A stretch of 63,876 nucleotides of DNA, counting the filler, from Octopus bimaculoides (lineage: Eukaryota), in NCBI RefSeq assembly GCF_001194135.2. It is 6 parts of 6 records of this genome, joined end to end, with 100 filler letters (N's around TTAATTAATTAA, not from the genome) between each part and the next. Parts side by side here need not be neighbours in the genome. Positions count along the whole stretch, not along the records: positions 17,152 to 35,505 come from NC_068986.1; positions 35,606 to 48,605 come from NC_068988.1; 4 more parts are not named here. One strand, given 5' to 3'. The translations under genes were made by a program, and so were the position numbers. The notes beneath the pieces are model-generated. The model searched no databases. It was not told the origin of the DNA and saw only the letters and a program-made list of their open reading frames with translations. Of the stretch, positions 26,461-39,750 are shown one piece after another (the stretch's first letter is position 1; each line of letters starts with the position of its first letter).

Positions 26461-27120
26461 AAGAAGAGGAGGAGGAGGAGAATAATTTATACATATCTAA
26501 GAAACATTGTGATAAAGAAAAGTAACCAAACATAGATAGCAACAGGTGGGGAGAGGCAATTTTCCAGATTCATATACAATGCCAAGTAGTGGCAGTAACA
26601 ACAACAGTAAGAATGGCAGTAGTAGTAGTAGTAGTTGTAGTTGTAGTTGTAGGAACTATAAGGATGGTAGTGGTGGTGGTAGAGGTGATGAATGATAACA
26701 ATAATGATAATGATGCTGCTGCTGCTGATTAGTAACGATGGTGATGGTCAAGATGATGATGATGGAGATGGTCATGATGATGATGGTGATAGTAATGGTC
26801 ATAATGATGGTGACAACAATGAAGGTGGTGGTGGTAGTAATGATGATAAAAATAATGTTTGACTTTTGGCTGATAATGATGATGCTGACAACAACAGTAA
26901 TATAGTAATAGTGGTAGCAATGGCGACGGTGGTGGTGGTGGTGGTGGTGGTGATCATAACAGCAAAATCTGTACTAGCAATAATAACAATGACAACGATG
27001 ACGATGATAGCGGTAGTGGTGGTGGTGATAATGATAATGGTGATGGTGGTGTTGGTGCTGATGATGATGGAGACAACAACAATGATATTGGTGGTGGTGG
27101 TTGTGATGATGATGAAAATA
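26383..27120. repeat. Compound trinucleotide microsatellite field (AAT, AAG, GAG, TAG, GAT, GGT)
   Basis: Read directly from the sequence; the track ORFs here are low-complexity artefacts. Confidence 0.9.
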
Positions 27121-28395
27121 ATATTAACTTTTGGCAACAGAAACAGCTAATCATGAATTTGTCTTAAGGAAATATATTTTCTTTCCTAAATAGAACCTGG
27201 TTATTGTTAATTAGAATTTGATGTAATCTGTAAATATTTAGAATGTAAGATACAAAAATCTACAAATACTTTCTAAAATAATGCAATGACAAGCAACAAC
27301 AACAACAAAACATATGTTAAAATTTAATTAAAGATCCTAATTGAAGTTTATGTAAGGTAAGACCAAAATTAAATTTAGCTTTACAGCTTGATATAATGTA
27401 CATTACTGTCCATTGGAAAACATTTTATTCCTTCCAGTAGATATTAACATTTTTATTTGTTAGGTTCTGGTGAATTCTGCTTGTATCACAGCAAGTCATA
27501 AATTAATAACGTTTAGTTGTAATGCTGGCTTATAGTATATTGATAGTCTGTTAGTTACATCATCTGAGCAGTGTAAAAGCTATCTTGGAAATGATGTTAT
27601 TGTTAGTAGAGAACCACAGCAGGTTTTTGATCAAAGCAGACTTGCAGCACAGATTTCAGCCAATCAAATATTTAGAAGTGACCCACAAACAAATTAACAT
27701 AATGATTGGATTTCTTATTACATTTTGTTTTGTTTTTTTTTTCCTTTTTTTTTTAAGCAGAATTCTTCTATTCTTTTATTCTTTTACTTGTTTCAGTCAT
27801 TTGATTGCAGCCATGCTGCAGCACCACCTTGAAGTGTTTTAGTCAACCAAAGCAACCCCAAGACTTATTCTGTGTAAGTCTAGTACTTATTCTATCAGTC
27901 TCTTTTGCCGAACTGCTAAGTTACAGGGATGTAAACACGCCAACACTAGTTGTCAAGTAGTGATGGGGGAGACATACACAGGCACAAAACATCACACAGA
28001 CATATACAAAAGCATGCTTATTTGTGCATAAGCACGTTTGTGTGCGTATGTATATAGGATGCAGGCATGGCTGTATTTACTTCACAACCATGTGGTTTCT
28101 GGTTCAGTCCCACTGCATGGAACCTTGGGCAAATATCTTCTACTATAGCTCCAGGCCAGCCAAAACCTAGTGAGTAGGTTTGGCAGGTGGAAACTGAAAA
28201 GAAGCCTATCATATATATGTGCGTTATGTTGTGTTGTGTTGTGTGTATGTCTGTGTGTGTGTATGCACATGTGCTAGCCTCTTTGCTTTGACATCATGTT
28301 GCCTGAGACTAGAAGATGGAATATGAATCAAGAGTACTAGAGTAAAATAAATTGAGTATGATCTGTTGGATGTGTAGTGTTAATTTAAAAGAATA

Positions 28396-28790
28396 GGCGC
28401 AGGAGTGACTGTGTGGTAAGTAGCTTGCTTACCAACCACATGGTTCCGGGTTCAGTCCCACTGCGTGACACCTTGGGTAAGTGTCTTCTACTATAGCCTC
28501 GGGCCGACCAAAGCCTTGTGAGTGGATTTGGTAGATGGAAACTGAAAGAAGCCCGTCGTATATATGTATATATGTGTGTTTGTGTGTCTGTGTTTGTCCC
28601 CCCAACATCGCTTGACAACCGATGCTGGTGTGTTTACGTCCCTGTAACTTAGTGGTTCGGCAAAAAGAGACCAATAGAATAAGTACTAGGCTTACAAAGA
28701 ATAAGTCCTGGGGTCGATTTTCTCGATTAAAGGCGGTGCTCCAGAATAGCTGCAGTCAAATGACTGAAACAAGTAAAAGAGTAAAGAGTA
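28396..28790 (+). mobile_element. SINE family B, full length (tRNA-like head, internal TA/TG microsatellite, (GAGTAAAA)n-like tail)
   Basis: The head ggcgcaggagtgactgtgtggtaagtagc..ggttccgggttcagtccc has A/B-box-like motifs. The same sequence recurs more than ten times in the window. Confidence 0.9.
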
Positions 28791-31539
28791 ATAGTTAAAT
28801 GAAATTAGCAGAATAGGCAACCGTGCTGGATTGGGTATATAATGTAAATGGATGGTACAAACTGGATGGAAAAGATTTTATGTATTGATGAACCTTGTAG
28901 CAAAGATAGATGAAGGAAAACTTGGGAGGGAGTAATCAAATCACTTCTGAGAATGTTGGGGTTCATAAGCAAGATGACACAAGATCGATAAAGATAATAC
29001 AAAGATCAATGATAAGGTCAATACTAGTCAATACAGATGCTATATTGTAGACCTTACCACCTCATGACAATATGGGAAAATAGATTTTAAATGGTGTGAT
29101 AAGGATGATCATTATGATGACCTAATACTGCTACTGCTCTCAATGATGATGATGATGATGATGATGAAACTTATATCAATATTCTATATCGGAATTGGAG
29201 TAACACAATTCTTTGTCATGGCTACATAAATATTCAGTGTCACATACACACTTACTTTCATGATATACCTCTTGAAACTGATTTCATCCAATCAGTAACA
29301 GTCATTTTTCATACATAGTATGATGGATTCCTTAGCAGTTTGTGTATAGGAAAAAAAAAAACAGTAATGTTTTGGGGGCTTATTGGCTTAAGCCAAGTTC
29401 TTGAATTTCATTGGACTTCATTTATGTGTACATAGTAGAGGCTATGGTTTTTACCTAATTTTGTGTACATAGAAGAGACTATGATTTTTACCTAAATGTT
29501 GACACTAAAAGGAAACGTTCCTTTTTAATGTCAACATTTGATTAGATGAAAACAAGGTCCAATGAAATTCAAGAGCTCGACTTGAACCAAAAAGCTGAAA
29601 AACAGTGTGATCATTTCATACAAAAACTGGTAAGACAACCACCAAATTATGTAGGAAAAAATGGCTATCAGTGATTGAACAAAATCAGCGTCAAGAGCTG
29701 TATCATCAAAGTGTGTATGTGACCCAGTGCATTGACATTATGAAGGCTGACAACAGTAAGCTATGCTACAACAGAATCATCCATATTCCTTTTTTTTTTT
29801 TTTTTTATGTGGGGGGAATTGCTCTTATGGATGAATGTCTCTACTGATAAAATAAGAATAAATAATTCAATAGAGAAAGCAAGGGTTACATTTGATTTAT
29901 TAAATTTATTAGCAGAGTATTTACACTATGGTATTCTTGTTTGTATTAAATGTCAAACATATCAGTAAAATTGAAACTGGAGCTAAATGAGCAAAGCTAG
30001 CTGTAAAACATTTTCTAGAGTTATTTTTATAATTTTATTTTATATTTAACCCTATGGTGACTATATTTCCAATGAGTAACTACCCATGAATTTAATTTGA
30101 TTTTCAATTAATAAAGATTTGGAAAATTTCTGCAACTTTACATCATTAATAAATTATTTGGCTGTTGACCAACTGACATATCATTTGTTCATGTTATGAG
30201 ATTTTGATCAAGATTTTAATTTCACTACAAACACTTTGGTATGGGTAGTCTCATGTTGGTTAGCATTTAAATGTTTTATATCTGTTTTCTTGTGACGGTC
30301 TTGGTAGCTGACAGTTGTTCATTTTCTAATAATCTTATGTTTTAATGTTGGCAGAGACTCTTGAGAGATTTTTACTGCTTCATCATTAAAATTTTAAATT
30401 TCTTAAATAAACTAACAAAGCAACATAATTTGAACATTTCCTACTTGACAGGAGCAACTTATAATGTTAAATACACTAGTACAAATGTAATGAGAATAGT
30501 AATGTAGAACCATATATATTGGCTTATAAGCTGTATTCTTCTTTCATATAACACAGCATGAACAAGTAAATTAATAAGTTATTCTTGGGGGAAATATAAA
30601 TATCTTTTGTTCAGCAATGTTTTAATTTCTATTTTTTTTAAAACTAATTTTCTTAAGATATGCACCAAAGACAAACTGTGATTCTCAAAATTCAATATTT
30701 TGTATAGTTCAACCATTATGACAATCAATTTTATGTCTTTCAAGAATTGTATTTTTTTTTTCTACCTGCTAGCACATAGAAAATGATGTTTCTATAATCA
30801 TTAGACATGAAGGGTGCAGCAACAGAGGTTTGTTTATTTCTGATATCATTTTTGAAACTATTCATGCGTCAAGAAAAATATAATTTGCAGTGACTCATTC
30901 AAAAATATTTTCTGCACAGTGAAATAATTGGCAAGTTAAAAGAGTAGTGATTCGATTGAAAACACTTTGTGCATAGTCTGAATTTCTCACAAGAAAGTTT
31001 TGTTTTATTTTCCATTTGAAGGCATAATTTGATTGCTGCCACTGCCACCACCATCATCAACATCATCATTCCCTTGTATCACATCACCATTGTTAATATT
31101 GTCATTGATAATGAACTAACAAGAGAGCCTCTATGTGGTCACATGACCTGCTAGAAATATCAACCAAATTCCTCTCAAATTGCACCTTACCATCTTGGAA
31201 ACAGAAAGGATACATTAGATAATATGGTCTTAGATACACTGCAATGATGATCATGATGATGACTGATAATAATACAAAAGAATTAGAAGTTTTTTGGGAT
31301 CAACAAGTTCCTCACCAGATGGAGGTGATTGTGAAGGACAGCAGATGAAAGAACAAATGAACAGTGGATGAATGAACGAATGAAGATGAAATCCCCGATT
31401 CTTTAAGATTATCTTTAATAAATTTATTGAAGTCATATTTTTCACATTATCAGTCTACTAGAAGCATAAGATGGTAAATTTTTTTATTAAAATATACCAA
31501 GTAAATTCTGATGTTCTGCCAGGCTAACACGTTTTAGAG

Positions 31540-31790
31540 TGGAGGCGCGTGGCATAGGGTGTCAGCATCATGATCGTAAGATTGTAGTTTTGATTCCTGG
31601 ACCGGGCAACGCATTGTGTTCTTGAGCAAAACACTCCATTTCACATTGCTCCAGTCCAATCAGCTGGCAAAAATGAGTAACGCTGCGATGGACTGGCGTC
31701 CCGTCCAACTGGGGAAAAGATACACCATTGAAACCGAGAAACCGGGCCCATGAGCCTGGCTAGGCTTTAAAAGGGCGCATTTATTATTTT
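31540..31790 (+). mobile_element. SINE family C, short-tail subtype
   Basis: Reads tggaggcgcgtggc..gtgttcttgagcaaaacactccatttcacattgctccagtc..cccatgagcctggctaggctttaaaagggcgca. Confidence 0.85.
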
Positions 31791-32227
31791 TAACACGTTT
31801 TAGACAAACCTCCTAATATTGTCCCACTAAGCAGACTTGCTTTAAATTCACAACATGATGATAAAAGTTCTAGTGGTGTATCTACAATCCAATAGATATG
31901 CCATTAACCATCACCTAAATTAAAAGGTATTCTTAAAGGTTCTTGTAGTTTAACACCAAGTTAAATGTTGAACAGGCAGATCTAAATTCAAAGGTGTTAC
32001 AGTTCCAACACTCCTGCTTTTTAAAGTGTATAAAAGACTACATTTTCTAATGTGATCTTACTCTTTTAATACAGTAAAATATGATTTGAAGGAAACTTAA
32101 CTGATATTTCTAGCAGGACAAATGTCTGCATTGAAACTCATTGGGTTTATCTTGTCAAGGGACAGTTAGCAGGTGATAAACTGGAATGTGTTTATGTATA
32201 GGGTGTACCTGTAGCATACATACACAC

Positions 32228-32258
<31 letters not shown>

Positions 32259-32431
32259 TGTATACATGCATGTATGTTCATGTCTTGCCTCCTGCACACA
32301 ATCTGTTGAAGAAACAAATATTCCAAGAAAGTATTCTTCAAACCAAAACAGAAAAGCTAAAACACTTTAATATTTTTTTCCAGAGAAGTTACAATTTCAA
32401 ATAAATACAAATTAGAAATGGTTTTACTCAC

Positions 32432-32471
32432 ATGCTTATCTAAGTTAGCACTTTTAGAATCCACATCGTAA
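32432..32471 (-). CDS. CPNE8: Copine (CPNE5/8/9-like) internal coding exon, C2A domain: (x)YDVDSKSANLDKH
   Basis: Minus strand reads tctttttttctattgcAG|t TAC GAT GTG GAT TCT AAA AGT GCT AAC TTA GAT AAG CAT|GTGAGT. It is 40 bp with a strong acceptor and donor. The peptide, length and phase match the vertebrate CPNE8/CPNE5 exon YDVDSKSPNLSKH as I recall it. The paralogue assignment is uncertain; the family assignment is firm. Confidence 0.93.
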
Positions 32472-32688
32472 CTGCAATAGAAAAAAAAGAATGTTGAAAA
32501 GTATTGAAATGAAAAATGAAGAACAGTGAAGAGGAAAACACTTATGTCCTAGAGAATGTATAGCATACTATTAGGAAATTTATAAATATAACTTAAGTTG
32601 GTTGGATTTAAGCATTACCAGATGAAGACTATGCTTTGTTTAAATGTGTGCACATCTATGTACAGATATATATATATATACATTTATG

Positions 32689-32794
<106 letters not shown>

Positions 32795-33354
32795 GCACAT
32801 CTATCTATATTTACGTGAGCCTGGTGTTGCCATCCGGTTTCACCAGTCCTCAGTCAAATCGTCCAACCCATGCTAGCATGGAAAGCGGACGTTAAACGAT
32901 GATGATGATGATGATGATGATGATATAGTCAAGGGTAGAGATCCGATGTAATCCAAGATGGTAATCCAAAGGTGTAAGTGTAAGATAATCCTAGAATTAA
33001 GGTACTCTGATGTATTGGTTGGATACCTGTGAAAGGTCCATGTAAGCATGCAATGATAAAGCAAAGCAAATACAAATAATAATAATAATAAAAAATCAAG
33101 GTATGTCCATATTTAACATTGTTAGGTTGATACTGAAGGAAGGAATAAAAATCATAGCATAAAAGTATAATATCTTAGAGATAATCCTTTCTCTGATACC
33201 AGAGGAATGTCCAGAATAGATTGGGAAGAGAAGGAAGAGATAAAAAGAGAAAAAAAAAAGAGAGGCACAAAAAATGATCGTGGGTAAAGTTAATATATTT
33301 GACCTATCACCTAACCTACATGAGTTTTTTCCTGGGTCTCTTCTTTTTAATCTT

Positions 33355-33420
33355 CTGGTCACCTAGGTAGCAGAAGCTATCAACTATTTCTAGTTTTTCT
33401 CCCTGGAGTGTGGCAAAGGT
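33355..33420 (-). mobile_element. Short RTE LINE fragment
   Basis: Encodes TFATLQGEKLEIVDSFCYLGDQ, the RTE 'F.YLG' motif after the RT domain; truncated by an N gap. Confidence 0.75.
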
Positions 33421-33520
33421 NNNNNNNNNNNNNNNNNNNNNNNNNNNNNNNNNNNNNNNNNNNNNNNNNNNNNNNNNNNNNNNNNNNNNNNNNNNNNNNN
33501 NNNNNNNNNNNNNNNNNNNN

Positions 33521-33741
33521 GTCAAGCAATGTTGGGGGGACAAACACAGATACACAAACACACATATATACATATATACGACGGGGTTCTTTCAGTTTCC
33601 ATCTATCAAATCCACTCACAAGGCTTTGGTCGGCCCGAGGCTATAGTAGAAGACACTTGCCCAAGGTGCCACGCAGTGGGACTGAAGCTAGAACCATGTG
33701 GTTGGTAAGCAAGCTACTTACCACACAGCCACTCCTGCGCC

Positions 33742-33742
<1 letters not shown>
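33521..33742 (-). mobile_element. SINE family B, 5' half (3' part lost in gap)
   Basis: Reverse complement of the family B head and core; ends at an N gap. Confidence 0.85.
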
Positions 33743-33801
<59 letters not shown>

Positions 33802-34900
33802 CACACACACACATATATATATATATTTGTATATATAATTCACCTAAGCTGGTCCATGGCCTGTCATGTTGAATTTTCCATGGTGTGCAATGGCTTCTTC
33901 AGACAAAATTAGACTATGCAGAATATGTGGAAGATTCAGCTGATATTTCTAGATGTTTGAATGACTGCATAGGGGTAACCTATGTTTTCTTTTCACTTGT
34001 AAAGGTGAAGATGTTGATATTTGCATCTAAATTGATCTTAGAATCTGAATGTTTGGAGTAAGAAGTATTATATTGTTGGATTCTTTACTTGCCATCGTTC
34101 ATGAAGTAGAACTGGCTGCAATTTTTGTAAGTAGGCTATATTGTAGCAATAAGAGAAATATGCCTTGCCTAGGGGGCAAAATAAAATAGTTCTAGCTGAT
34201 TAAACTGTGATCAATAGATCTAGTACTTTAATGTTCTGGTTAATTACCATTAATTGAATACACTGTATTGGTTAAAATTTAATATGCACTTCAGTAGTTC
34301 AGTAATAAAAAAGAATATTTGTTATACTTAAAGTGAAAATGTACCATAGAAGTAAAGAAAAACACATTTAAGTATATGCATTTATGTGTAGAAAGACATT
34401 ACAATTTTATAGGAGAAAAAAATAAAGAATACACACACACATACATATCGATGTGTTGTCAGACACTGAAACACATTTGTAATGTCGACAATGGTTAATA
34501 TCTACATACAAAACCATTAGTAAGAGTAAAGATAGCAAGGCAGGAAAAGAAAAATGCAAGAAACAGTGAAAAAAATAGAAATATTGGCAATGTAGAACAC
34601 CTGCTGGTTCACATATTATTTTAATAGCTTTATGGATTTTCTAATAGTTTCAAAGAAGAGTAAATAAAGAAATTATGTCAATGATTTAAGAAATATGCCA
34701 ATTCTATAGAAGAAAGCAATTGTGGAATAGCTACACTTTAATTTTCTTCAAACTTTTGGAAGTTCAATTTTTTATTCATAGATAGAAGTAAGTAGTGTAA
34801 AATAATAAGTGTATTGTAGGCAAAGGCATTAAAAAAACTGTACACTGTATAAGAGCATTTAATAATGATAACAACCAATGAACAGATGATAATGTGTAAT

Positions 34901-35236
34901 GAACCGATTCTAACAGATGACATATCTCTTCGAGAAATTGAGAAATTATCTGAATGTAAAGATCTGTAAACAGAAATAACTAGATTGTGGGAATTGAAAA
35001 TAGAAGCAAACTCTATAATGATAGATGAATTGAAAGTGGTTATAGATAAACAATTCCTCAACTAGCTGAGTTTGCTTAGATTCCTATGACTTGGTCATAC
35101 TATTTAGAAACACAAGTAAACATTTGAGATAGAAAGGACATCTGGCCATGAAATACTGCCTTAATAACTTTCATTCAACTCATGCCATTACGGAAAAAAA
35201 AAAACAGATGTAAAAGCAATGATGATGATGATGATG

Positions 35237-35238
<2 letters not shown>
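34901..35238 (+). mobile_element. R4/Dong-like non-LTR retrotransposon 3' end (restriction-like endonuclease region)
   Basis: EPILTDDISLREIEKLSECKDL*TEITRLWELKIEANSIMI resembles the R4/Dong C-terminus D..IP.D.N.S.KE.EK.SKYKDL..EI.RMW.LK....PI.IG. It ends in an A-rich run and (GAT)n. Confidence 0.65.
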
Positions 35239-35278
<40 letters not shown>

Positions 35279-37419
35279 CTATATATAAAATTATAATTTA
35301 GGGTATCTAAGAGACACCACCATGCTAGAAATAGCAAACCCTAAATTATGATACCCTAAATTATAATTTTAAATAATTATTACCTTTGATGGTTTTTATT
35401 CCCATGCTGGCCACCTGATAAAATCGGTATTTAAATATCGATCTTATCCTCATTTATATATATATCATCATCATCGTTTAACGTCCGCTTTCCATGCTAG
35501 CATGGNNNNNNNNNNNNNNNNNNNNNNNNNNNNNNNNNNNNNNNNNNNNTTAATTAATTAANNNNNNNNNNNNNNNNNNNNNNNNNNNNNNNNNNNNNNN
35601 NNNNNGAGAGAGAGAGAGAGAGAGTACTGTGAAGGGAAGGTTCGAAAGTGTATTTCCACTCAATTGCCCCTGTCACTTCGAGGGATCCCTTTGGTGGGTA
35701 AGTGTCGTAGAAATAATAACGGGTGGGGACGAACTCTTGGGTACGACTGACGTTTATTAGGAAGCGTGTAAGATAGCACTAACTAGATAGCTCACCGGAA
35801 ATCTGTAGAGGGAAGACGTAGAGAACGGGAAAAGAAGGAAGCATTTCTGAGCCAGTACCTTCCTTTTTTATTGTCTTTGAGATAGCAGTAACATAAAGTA
35901 AGATGCAAGTGGGTAGGGGAACCTCACCCCACCCTCTGCCACCTGTCATAATATCGGGTAGCCATAATATCGGGAGGTGTAAGAAAACATAGTGTTGGAG
36001 AAAGGAGAAAAAATGGGAATAAGAGAAAAACGAAGTGAAGGAGGAATAGGAGGAGGAAGATGAAAAGGAGAGGGGGAAATCTTTAAAACGACTAATTTTG
36101 AACTTAAGTGGTGTTATGAATTTGATCAGAAACACACATATCTGTGATAAGGTTCACGAAATAGTAAACAGTTGAAGTATGGATAGAGGAGGAAAAATAG
36201 TTTAGTGGAGGAAAGAATCAATACGTGTGTGTATGTGTGAGTGAGAGAGGTAGGAGAGAGAGAGAGAGGAAGAGGAGGAGGAGAGAGAGTTAGAGATGGT
36301 AAGTGAGCGAGTGGTAAAAGAGACAGAGAAAACGTGTGTTGTAGAGAAGTAAATAGAAAGAGAGGAGGCGAAGTTTGTACAAGTAATAAAGCAACAGCTA
36401 GGGTGAGAGGGAGAGAGGGAAAGAAAGAGAGAAAGAAGTGGAAGGGAAGGAGGAAACGTGTAAAGGAAAACGACAGAGGAATAAAGGAAAGAGAGAAACA
36501 AAGGAGCACGAAAAGCGAGAAGAGAATGAAATGTGTGTAAGAGAAAGGAGATGGAGAAAATGGAAGACAAAAAGGGGTAAAGAGAGAGAGATAGAAAGTT
36601 AGACAGAAGACACAAAAGCAGGCAAAAACAAAGAGAAAAACGGGAGAAAAAAAAGAAGCAAATGGCGAAATGAAATCGTCAATTAGCACAAACAAACCAA
36701 CATTGGGAGTAAAATTCGTACAACTTCTGAAAACAAACTCACATTTCTCTCTTCATTCACAGCTTCCTTGACTTGTTTCATTAAACTTATTATTTTTATT
36801 GAAGCAAGGCGAGGGACTGTCAGAATTGGCTGAGCGGATGCAGAAAGGATCGGGTATTGGGGGGTGGCGTACAAAATACCAGATATTTAGTTACGTCCGT
36901 TTACCTTTTCAGTTCAAATTCCATCAAGAATTGGTAGGGCAGTAGGGGAAATGTCTTTTGGTGTTCTGGTCAAATTTCAGTGCGTCCTCTAGTTCAAATC
37001 CCACCTGAGTTAAAATTGGCTCTTCCTTTTTTCTGGAGTCAATAAAACGAGAAGCAGTTCATTACTGAGAATAGCTTAATCGATTGTGCCTTCTCCTCAG
37101 ATCTATGACCGGTGTGCTAACGTTGCTACTATTGTTATTATTAGGGTAAAAAAAATATTGTTATAAAGAGCACTAGATCGCAAAATCGGTAGATTTATAG
37201 ACAATTAAGCAAAGCGTTTCGGCTCACAATATTATATATGTGAGGTTCAGTCGTATTTGTATTTAGTATGCAGAATGTTCCCCTGAAATATTTTCCCTCA
37301 GCCTTCATCATCAGTGTCACTAATTTCCTACACTATCTCCATATATATATATATATATATTTACCACTTCGCTATATCCACCAGCAAAGCAGAATCGGCA
37401 TCTCATAGGAAGTATAATT

Positions 37420-37630
37420 CCTCCTAATCTTGATACAAACCCAGCTATTTTCAAATGAGTGTAAGTTAACCTCGTTGACCCCAGTACTTGACTGGTACTC
37501 GACTTTATCGACCCTAGAGGGGCTGAAAGAAAAGTCAACCTCGTGAGAATTTGAACTCAAAGCATGAAGCCGGAAGAAGAATTGCCAAGCATTTTGTCCG
37601 ACTCGCTAACGATTTTGCTATCTGCAACGT
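37420..37630 (-). mobile_element. SINE family A copy
   Basis: Shares gaccccagtact..ctggtact..tttatcgacc..aatttgaactca..aagcatttt with the other copies; boundaries approximate. Confidence 0.75.
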
Positions 37631-37754
37631 TTTCATTTTTCAGAATTTTAAGTGTGTTGATCCCACTGGAGTTATCTCTCTCAATGATTGTTTAAAGAGT
37701 ATTTATCTGCTAATTGCAAGAATAACCTCATTATACTACATATAAACTGAAGTG

Positions 37755-37965
37755 CGTGAGCTTGCAGAATCGTCAGCACGGCGGGCAAAATTCTCAGCGG
37801 CGTTTCTTCTGGTTTTACGGTCTGGGTTCAAATAACACTGAGATCGACTTTGTCTTTTTTTTTTCCTTCCAGAGTCGATAAGTACCAATTGAGCACTGGG
37901 ATCGATATAATCGACTTGTCTCCTCCCTTCAAAATTACTGTCGTTGTCTCAAAATTAGAAAGACA
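37755..37965 (+). mobile_element. SINE family A copy
   Basis: Reads gagcttgcagaatcgtcagcacgg..ggttcaaat..gtcgataagtacca..actgggatcgatataatcgac; boundaries approximate. Confidence 0.75.
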
Positions 37966-38920
37966 TATAACATACTAATCGATGCACACAGTGATGCCCA
38001 GGTATTTAATCAAAAATTCTTGATGTGAAAAATTTCGGCATGCAAGGAATTGGACTTTCTGTAGATAGCAAATGAAGTAGCAATTTACATCGAAATTACA
38101 ATATTCTCTTGTTCATTGCCAAATCTTAGGGATAAGCAATATTTTTGATTTTGCTGTATGTTATAATGATGAAGAGACTATCAAGGTTTCCAATTCGAAG
38201 TACTAATACAAAGCTGTTCATATGAAAAGGCTGGATCTACGAGGTTCACTTCAAGGATTGTTCGTGAGATTTATCGATGGTCATACTGAAACTGAGTTTG
38301 AAAGAAAACTGAAGCCTCTGAAATTGAAGTAGCAAAGCAGCTGGTGTCAGTGGTGTTCCGGAAGTGAAACAACTGTCACTACCCAACTTACTTTTCATGA
38401 TTGTGGCCTAGAGGACAAGAAGCATCATAATTTTGATGAGGATCCTTGTACCTTTCGAAAGTTTTGAAAGAGCTACGTTACAAAGACGCATAATCGATGC
38501 TCCGAACTTGAGCGTCATATCGCTCAGAGGGGATTCTAGTGGATAGAATCTGTCTAGGGATTCGGTTGGATAATTTATCGTTTGAAGTGACTGCGTCTAT
38601 TGATTTATAGTATCTTTTCTCACCGAGTAGCATGTGCAGTAGCTTTCTGATGATTTCAATCACAGCATGATATTTTCGATGCCAGTATTGCTCGTTACAG
38701 AGCCATTTGGGATCACATAGTCTGATGTGAATGTTAAAAAATGTCTCTAGAAATCAGTCTCTGATCTGTTTCAATGACATTATCGAAAGACAATCGAATT
38801 TGATTGTGATAGTCTCCTCCAAGAAGTCTGTTTCTCACTGAGTAGCAAGGATAGCAAACTCAACAGCAGCGCTATCACAGATCAAATGTACTCGCATATT
38901 TATGGTAAGGCTCAGTCATT

Positions 38921-39135
38921 ACTCTTACTCTTTGCTCTTTTGCTCTTTTACTTGTTTCAGTCATTTGACTGTGGCCATGCTGGAGTATCACCTTTAGTCG
39001 AGCAAATCGACCCCAGGACTTATTCTTTGTAAGCCTAGTACTTACTCTATCAGTTTCTTTTGCCGAACCGCTAAATTACGGGGACGTAAACACACCAGCA
39101 TCGGTTGTCAAGCAATGTTTGGGAGACAAACATAG

Positions 39136-39166
<31 letters not shown>

Positions 39167-39329
39167 CATATATACGACGGGCTTCTTTCAGTTTCCGTCT
39201 ACCAAATCCACTCACAAGGCATTGGTCGGCCAGAGGCTATAGTAGAAGACACTTGCCCAAGGTGCCACGCAGTGGGACTGAACCTGGAACCATATAGTTC
39301 GTAAGCAAACTACTTACCACACAGCCACT
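38921..39329 (-). mobile_element. SINE family B, near full length
   Basis: Reverse complement of 28396-28790 along its whole length. Confidence 0.88.
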
Positions 39330-39456
39330 TTTTTCAGATAGGCATTATTCTGATCAACTCACCCCCCACCACCGTCAGAAGATTTACCGACAGGGTGCGT
39401 TTGAAATCACCAGAAAGAGCGATAGTAACTCCTCCTGTTATAAACTTGTTTCCCGG

Positions 39457-39750
39457 AAGATGCGTGGCTTAGTGGTTAGGGTTTTCAGCTCACGGTCTTC
39501 AGATCGTGAGTTCCATTCCCGGCGGCACGTTGTGTCCTTGAGCAAAACATTTTATTTCACGTTGCCTTGTTCCAGTCCACTCAGCTGGCAAAAATGAGTT
39601 GTACACTATGTGTCAAGCTGAATCACCCCGGTAACTGCATTAAGGGCACTCGTGTCTGCTGGAGTGCTCAACTACTTGCATGTTAGTTTCACAAGCAGGC
39701 TGTTCGGTTGATCGGATCAGCTGGAACTGACGGCGTCGCAACCGACGAAG
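39457..39750 (+). mobile_element. SINE family C, long-tail subtype
   Basis: Same head and core. The tail ..cttgcatgttagtttcacaagcaggctgttcggttgatcggatc.. matches the reverse complement of 13205-13300. Confidence 0.8.

Noticed and set aside
28396-28470. tRNA-like heads with A/B boxes
   Set aside because: They are SINE heads that continue into SINE bodies and do not form a full cloverleaf, so they are not tRNA genes.
36742-36800. Possible exon ending ..EAVNEERN|GTGAGT
   Set aside because: There is no convincing acceptor, the upstream sequence is a SINE A head, and it has no copine similarity.
37205-37325. Third hammerhead-like motif on the minus strand (CTGATGA..GGCT....AGCC GAAACG)
   Set aside because: There are extra bases after the core, a long insertion in stem II and no clear stem I; at best it is a badly decayed PLE end.
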